Shown in pieces: positions 49,280-56,280 of a stretch of DNA of 56,280 nt. Each line of letters opens with the position of its first letter. Within the stretch, counting starts at the first letter, position 1. A program made the translations under genes and the position numbers. Origin of the DNA: Rhina ancylostomus (Eukaryota); contig JARFYF010000112.1 of the NCBI GenBank assembly GCA_030265395.1, positions 68,533,887 through 68,590,166 on the forward strand, read 5' to 3'. The notes beneath the pieces are model-generated. The model searched no databases, was not told where the DNA came from, and saw only the letters and a list, made by a program, of their open reading frames with translations.

Positions 49280-51460
49280 TGTTCCCTTAAGGGTGAAGGT
49301 CAAGGGCAGCAAATCCAGGGAACCATGGATGTCAAGAGATATTAAGGGTTTAATAAAGAACAAAAAGCATATGGTAACTAAAGAGTACTGAAAACAGACT
49401 ATAAAGAATGTTGGGAGGCGCTTAAAAAAAATTAGGAGAGCAAAGCAATGCCAGGAAATATTGCCGGCAGATAAGATTAAGGAAAACCCCAAGGTATTTT
49501 ATAAGTACATTAAGAGCAATAGGGTAGGCAGGGAAAGATTGGAACCCATTAGCAACTAAAGGGGTAATCTGTGCATGGAGCCAGAGGATTTGGAAAAGGT
49601 CATGAATTAATACTCCTCATCTGCTTTCACTAACAAGAAAGATTTTGTAGCTGGAAATTTCAGTCAGGACCATGAAACTCTAGGGCATGTTAAGATTAAA
49701 AACAGGCACAAATCCCCAGGGCCTGATGAAATATATCCCAGCTGCTATGGGAGGCAAGGGAGGAGATTGTTGGGACCCTGATGGAAATATTTAAATCTTC
49801 ACTGGCCACTAATGAGGTGCCAGATAACTGGAGGACAGCAAATATGCTACCTCTATTCAAGAAGGGCAGCAGGGATAAGCCAGGTAATTATAAGTCAGTT
49901 TGTCTAACCTCAATGGTAGGAAAACTATTGAAAGAATTGAGAGGAACAAGATTGATCTTCATTTGGAACGAAGAGGGTTGATCAGGGATAGTCAGCAAAG
50001 CTTTGTTGGTGGGCTATCCTGTCTGACTAATTTTATTAAGTTTTTTTAAAGATGTAGGCACATCGCTACACACTGTATACTCTGTTTTCAGTACTCTATA
50101 GCTATCATGAGCTTTCTTATATTGATGAGGGTAGTGTGCCTGATGCATTGGAGTTCAGTAAAGCCTTTGACAAATTCCCACATGGAATGAGAGTCCAAAG
50201 GATTAGAACCCATGGAATCTCAGGCAGGTTGGCAAATGGGATCCAAAGTTGGCTTGGTAATAGGAGACAAGTGGTGATGATTGAGAATTGCTTTTATGAT
50301 TGGAAGCCTGTGACCCAGTGGTGTGCCACAGGGATCAGTGCCAGGACCCTTGCAGTTTGTTATATACATTAATGACTTAGAAGTAAATATAGGAGATATG
50401 ATTGAATATTTGCAAATGACATGAAATTTGATGGTAAGGAAGGTAGCCTTAAGCTACAGAATGATATTGATCAGCTGGAATATTTGGTGGATGGAAGTGA
50501 ATCCTAATAAATGTGAAGTAATGCATTTTTTAGGGGGTGGAAGTTCAATAAGGGAGGGACATATGCCATGAATAGAAGGGCCTTAGGGAGTATAGTGAAA
50601 TAAAGGGACCTTGGTGTACAAGGGCACATCAGATCAGTTAACTCCACTCATTCTCCTATGACATAGTCAACCCCACCCCATTGTTCCATTATCATGGAGT
50701 CAGTGTGACAGCGCAGCTAGATAAGGTCAGAAAGGAGGCATATGGGATGCTTATAATCTGTGCTTTGGCTAATGAAGGCAAGTGCAGTGGTGTCTTGGTT
50801 CAACTTTATAAGGTGTTGTGGTTAGGCTACAGCTGGGAAATTGTGCACAGTTGTGGTTGCCCAAATCTAGGGAGGACGTGATTGCCCTGGAGGGAGCGCA
50901 GAAGGGATTCACCAGGCCATTGTCTGGGATAGAATGTTTTAGTTATGAGAGGNNNNNNNNNNNNNNNNNNNNNNNNNNNNNNNNNNNNNNNNNNNNNNNN
51001 NNNNNNNNNNNNNNNNNNNNNNNNNNNNNNNNNNNNNNNNNNNNNNNNNNNNTGAAAAGGCTGGGCTTGTTTTTCTTCCTGGAGCAGAGGAGGCTGGGGG
51101 GGGGGGGGATCTGATAGAGGTGCGCAAAATCTGAGAGGCATAGATAGGGTAATAGTAAGAAACATTTCCCCCCATGGCAGAGGTGTCTAAGAGGGCATAA
51201 GTTTAGATTTAGAGGAGTAAGAAGTTCTTGATTGCAATCACCCAAAGTACGATTGCAATCTAAAAACCACAGCCTGGGAAGGTGGTGGAGGCAGGCACTC
51301 TGCAGTAAACACAATACATTTAGAAACCATCTGGATGAGCACTTGCATTACAAAGACATAGTAGCCTATGGACCAAATGCTGGTAAATGGAATTAGTATA
51401 GACAACGGTTGGAATAGACATAGTGAGGCAAAAGACCTGTTTCTGTGCTGTATGATGCCA
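49280..51460 (+). mobile_element. CR1 LINE ORF2 (RT) pseudogenised copy with 3' tail, in the RAB33A intron
   Basis: IKENPK.FY, VPDNWRTAN..PLFKKGSRDKPGNY, FSKAFDK.PH, VPQGSV, REDVIALE.AQK.FTR, FLEQRRL; many stops and frameshifts. Confidence 0.92.
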
Positions 51461-53811
51461 GAACTCTGATAATGGAACCATGAGGTGGAGTTGACTACTA
51501 AATAAGTCAATGTCATATTAGAGGATAAGTGGAGTTCATTGTTCTGATACATGAGTGCAATCCACTTAGTTTTATTGTCAAAAATATTGCCTGCATTCCA
51601 CAGTAAACATGATACAGATACTGATAAAGGCTCCAAGAGCAACCTAAGAGAACTGGACATTTCCCACACCTCCTTTAGATACAAATAGAACCACCTCATC
51701 TGGCCATAGATGGGTTGAGATACTGAGTCACTTCTTATAAACTAGTATCAAAATGTCTTATGCTAAAAAAAATGTAAAATGTGATAGATTTCACAGCTCC
51801 AAAAGCCTGAGTCATTGCTTCTTGAAAGAACTTTCAAAAGCAAATTGGCCGTTAATCAATGATCTCAACTGGACCCAAAATTAATTGGCCTAATTCAGCT
51901 AGGTTTGGAAAGTTCAAGTTCAGCTTATTCCCTGACCACAATATAAATCTTCACATTCCATAAACAGCATAGATCTGTTGTTCCAAAGCCATTGCACTTA
52001 TTCCTATAATATGAAGAACATAGACTGTCACTTACATAGATTTTAATTCTGGTCATGCACAACACAAAAAAAAGAGCAATAAACCAAAAATTTTCACCCA
52101 AGCAACTCAGCCCAACAATTACTAACAAAAGGTAAAAAAAAATATTTTTTCAACCCCATTCTATTGCAGTTTCCCTTTAATTCTAAACTTTGAATTGTGT
52201 TCTTTTCAAAAGACACAGTGGGATAAGAAATGTCTGCCGCTCAAACCTAACCATGACCCTGCCTCTGACTAGCAGTTCAAAAATAGATAGTCCATGAAGA
52301 ATCATTTTCCATTTGTTGATCATTATCTATACCAGTTGAAAAGCACTCTTCTGACAGAACTACTAGGAATGCCATGGCAATAGTCAGTAGCATACTTCCA
52401 ACTAATCAATAGCTGATGCACCGAGCTCATATTGGCTCTGAAATCATACAAATCTAACCATAAGGCTTATGGCATAATGCAAACAAATTCAAATTGGTGT
52501 GTAACAAAAATAGGCAATATAAAATGCTTGCTAGCGTACCAGCATCACTGTAACAAAAGCTTAACCAGTTGACTAGACATTGAATCATCCTATTGTTCTT
52601 GGGACTTCTGCATTCTGTATACATCACCTAGTATTTGCAAGGTATTCCTACACTGCAAATCCAGAAAAGCACAGCTCTCATGCTTGCAACACAGATTCCC
52701 TTGTTAAGGGAAATCCTGCTATACAAGTACAGTTTTGGGTCACTTGACATAAATGACAGCATACACTTACTTCTCTGAGAGATATCAGACAGCCTGTAAT
52801 ACTGAGAGGGAATATAACCAATTTGCAAAAATGTAAATCATTGTCCAAAAGGGCAGCAATGTGTCACCATCTTGCAGTGAGAAATCTATTGTAACAGCAG
52901 TTAGCTTTCCATGTTAAATAGTGCTCGTCAGGATGCACCACCTGGCTTTACACAGATTTGAAAGGTTGTTATTTAACATACTATTATTCTCCTCACTCTC
53001 ATGTTCTTCTTTCCTGGATTCTCCATACAGAATACAAGCAAATTTGTAGGTGTTTACAAAAGATAAAGTGATGTGTTGGATAAATATTCTCCACTTCCTT
53101 CAACGGTCAAGATAAGGAGCTTCCTACATGGAGGTCTGAAGGTACTAACTGGAGTCTTATTGTATCTGAGGACTGTCCCCAACACAAGCCATATATCTGT
53201 CAAATACATTGTTTACACCATGGCTTCCCATATCTGGGCTTCTTCCCTCCCCCNNNNNNNNNNNNNNNNNNNNNNNNNNNNNNNNNNNNNNNNNNNNNNN
53301 NNNNNNNNNNNNNNNNNNNNNNNNNNNNNNNNNNNNNNNNNNNNNNNNNNNNNCATGGCTTCCCATATCTGGGATTCTTCCCTCCACCCCACCCCCCCCA
53401 ACAAAACAGTGGTGTATAGTTCAACAAACTTGGCACAATGCGTTAGTGGATAGACTATTGACACGGCTGTTAAATGACAGTTAAATGAATCACTGACTTG
53501 TTGACATTTTTTATTTAAAACATAACACAAGCTGCAGTAGGAAATTAGCAAGCTGATCTCATCCAGAAGCTCAGTGATGGAATGAATCACATCTACTGCA
53601 GTGAAGCATCCACACCAGAGAGTTGGAAAGCAATAAGCTGCAGAAATCTCAAATAAAAATGGAAAAAAACTGAAGAGTTAGCAAATGTGGAGGGATAAAT
53701 AAAGTTAACATTTCAAGCTTATGACCCTCCTTTCAGAACCAGGAAACATTTAGAAAACTGCCACGTATAAATGCCCAAAGGGGGAAGTATGAAGAGAACA
53801 AAGGGAATATC

Positions 53812-54237
53812 ATGGTGTCATGACAACAACCTTTCCCTCAATGCCAGCAAAAGAGCAGGTCATTGATTTCAGGAAGTGGTGCGGAGTACACACCCCTGTA
53901 GTATCAATGGGTGTTGAGGTGGAGATGGTTGAAAACTTCAAATTCCTAGGTGTAAACATCACCAATAGCTTGTCTGGTCCATCCACAAAGAAGCTATGGG
54001 CAAAAAAGCACACCAGCACCTCTACTTCTTCAGAATTCTAAGGAAATTTAGCATGCTCCTGTTGACCCTCACCAATTTTTATAGATGCATCATAGTAAGC
54101 ATCCTATCCAGATGCATCACAGCTTGGTATGGCAACGGCTCTGCCCAAGACCGCAGGAAATTGTACAATGTTGTGGAAACAGCGCAGTCCATCATGGAAA
54201 CCAACTTTCCTTCTACGTGACAATAATAAACCAATTC
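53812..54237 (+). mobile_element. Truncated, internally deleted Rex1/Babar-like LINE with AATATC target-site duplication
   Basis: VEMVENFKFLGVNI, KKAHQHLYFFRILRKFSM...LTNFYRCII.SILSRCITAWYGN; tail gtgacaataataaaccaatt; aatatc at 53806-53811 and 54238-54243. Confidence 0.85.
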
Positions 54238-54358
54238 AATATCTGCGAAAGGGTAGAGACAAAGAGAAGTTGAATGCCACAGATTAATGTCAATGAGGAG
54301 AGGAAGCTGAAGGCTAGTTAGTGGCAGCTAATGCTGTTTGGAGGAGATGTAAATAAAG

Positions 54359-54610
54359 GAGAGGCAGAGAGGCAGAGAGGCAGAGAGGCAGAGAGGCAGA
54401 GAGGCAGAGAGGCAGAGAGGCAGAGAGGCAGAGNNNNNNNNNNNNNNNNNNNNNNNNNNNNNNNNNNNNNNNNNNNNNNNNNNNNNNNNNNNNNNNNNNN
54501 NNNNNNNNNNNNNNNNNNNNNNNNNNNNNNNNNAGGCAGAGAGGCAGAGAGGCAGAGAGGCAGAGAGGCAGAGAGGCAGAGAGGCAGAGAGGCAGAGAGG
54601 CAGAGAGGCA
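54359..54610. repeat. (GGCAGAGA)n octamer tandem repeat spanning an assembly gap
   Basis: Direct inspection. Confidence 0.95.
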
Positions 54611-55569
54611 ACCTGCTGAAACTATGAGATTCAGAACACAGCAGTTGGAAATCTGGAATCAAAGTGAATGCTAGGAAAGCCCAGCTGGTCAGGCAGCATC
54701 TGTGAAGAGAGAGCAAACACAGTTATGCAAAATCTGGCCATGGACCGAAAAAAAAAGCTCTGGAAAATGCTGGAAATCAGAAACAAAAATAGAAATTGGT
54801 TGAAACTCTGAGCAGATCAAGTAGCATCCATGAGAAGAGAAACAGAATTAATTCCCCAAGATAATGTTGCTCCCCCCACTTACCCATGAGAAGCAATCAA
54901 CCCCTGTCCCCTGCCCACTCCACTGATGTCACCAGACCCACCAAGCACCTCCAGCATTCCTTGCTCTTGCTGGGAGTGCTTCATGGGTCAGTTGTGGTGC
55001 AAACTGGAAAGGCTGGTTATCTGAAATTGTTGAACAATATTGAGCCCTGAGGGCTGAAGCATGCTGCGATGGAAGGCGAGGATAATGTTCATTGAGCTTC
55101 TGTTGGCTTTGTTGGAACTGAATAAAGGTGAAAGACAGAGAGGACAGTAATGGAAGTGGGACAGAGAATTAAGGTCCCAGGCAACTGCAAGCTCATGGTC
55201 ACCAAGCCTCCCATTAAGTCACTGCAATGCAACTAAGATGCTATGGGCATCAGACGATCCTGCCTGATAGAAACTGCATCAATAATTACCAGAGGCTAGC
55301 AGATGCTTCAGCATACAATCTAATTACTTAAAACACAGTTATTCAGTTCATCTTATTCAGTCCCAAGATCAAACAACACCTAATATATTTATACAACTGT
55401 TATGTTTTGAGGGCTTGACATGTTGACAAATTATGGGATACTATCCAACATATTGTTAAGAAAATGTTTAATATAAACCTGCCACAACTTGTAAAGATTA
55501 GCTCAAGTTCATATTTTCCTAATTTCTATTCAAGTATGTTCACTGTTTCTCTCTAACATTTCACAGCAC

Positions 55570-56280
55570 CTTCAGGAAGAACAAGGATGGCAAAGGTAAG
55601 GGAAAATTGGATGACGAGAGAGGTGGCGAATTTAGTCAAGAAGAAAAAAAGGAAGAGTGTGTCAGGATTAGGAAGCCAAGATCAAACAGAGCCCTTGAGA
55701 ATTATAAAGAAGCCAGAAAAGAATTCAAGAAGGGAATTAGAAGAGTCAGGAGGGGCATGAAAGTTCCTGGGCAAGTAGAATGAAAGAGAATCCCAAGGCA
55801 TTCTATACATACATCAAGATCAAGACGATAACTCAGGAGTGGATAGGACCACTCAGGGATAAAGGAGGGAACATGTGTTTGGAGGTGGAGGATGTGGGAG
55901 GGGTCCTAAACGAGTACTTTGCATCAGTATGTACCGAGGAGAAGGATGTGGAGGATAAGGAGATCACTGTGGAGCATGCTAATGTGCTGGGGCATTTTGA
56001 GATAAAGAAGGAGGTAGTGTTGGCTTTCTTAACATTAAGGTGGATGAGTCCCAGGGCCAGGTGGGATATACCCCAGGTTATTGAAAGAGGCAAGAGATGA
56101 GATTGCTAGGGCGTTGACCAATATCTTCATGTCCTCTCTAGCCCCAGACAAGGTCCCGGAGGACCGGCGAGTAGCTAATGTTGTTCCATTATTCAAGGGA
56201 AATAGGGATAATCCTAGAAACTAATCTTGGAGTCTCACATTAGAGGTAGGGAAGTTACTGGAGAGGATTCTTAGGGATAA
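55570..56280 (+). mobile_element. CR1 LINE ORF2 fragment running off the window end
   Basis: KENPKAFYTYIK.K....E.IGPLRD.GGNMC, VLNEYFASV.T.E, VPED.RVANVVPLFK. Confidence 0.9.

Larger units (their letters stand above)
53636..55200 (-). mobile_element. Penelope-like element remnants (terminal-repeat-like segments and GIY-YIG C-terminus), interrupted by a LINE and a microsatellite
   Basis: 55020-55190 reverse strand resembles KL.E.H....L..L.P.GLNI..NNFR*; repeated gctggaaa..cagcaggtcaggcagcatctgtg.agaga.aaacaga motifs at 53636, 54640 and 54765. Confidence 0.55.

Noticed and set aside
54318-54716. ORFs with LSASLPLC or GREAERQR repeats
   Set aside because: They are translations of the (GGCAGAGA)n repeat.
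47452-56280. RAB33A exon 1 (KIIVIGDSNVGKT motif)
   Set aside because: Not found by eye on the - strand; it probably lies beyond the window or in a gap.

Overview
AT-rich vertebrate genomic DNA from a gapped draft assembly. The repeat content (V-SINE, CR1, Penelope-type termini, Deu-type SINE) suggests a cartilaginous fish; this is an inference. Three intron-containing genes were reconstructed by hand from splice sites and translation. (1) The 3' end of OCRL on the + strand: six coding exons at 380-12167, including a 24-nt microexon and a U12-type intron. (2) A complete 8-exon EVA1C-like gene on the - strand (CDS 40563-24230, 414 aa): signal peptide, two SUEL/rhamnose-binding lectin domains and an EVA1 transmembrane domain. 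(3) The last coding exon of RAB33A on the - strand (47451-47008). The rest is intron, UTR or intergenic DNA with decayed LINEs (CR1, L2, RTE, Tx1, Rex1/Babar), Penelope remnants, SINEs and tandem repeats. Most notable: three ATGA-coupled uORFs chained into the EVA1C-like start codon; a hairpin-dense, CpG-retaining ~400-nt element inside the OCRL minor intron; and an EVA1C paralog in an OCRL-RAB33A neighbourhood. All family assignments come from recalled motifs, not database searches.
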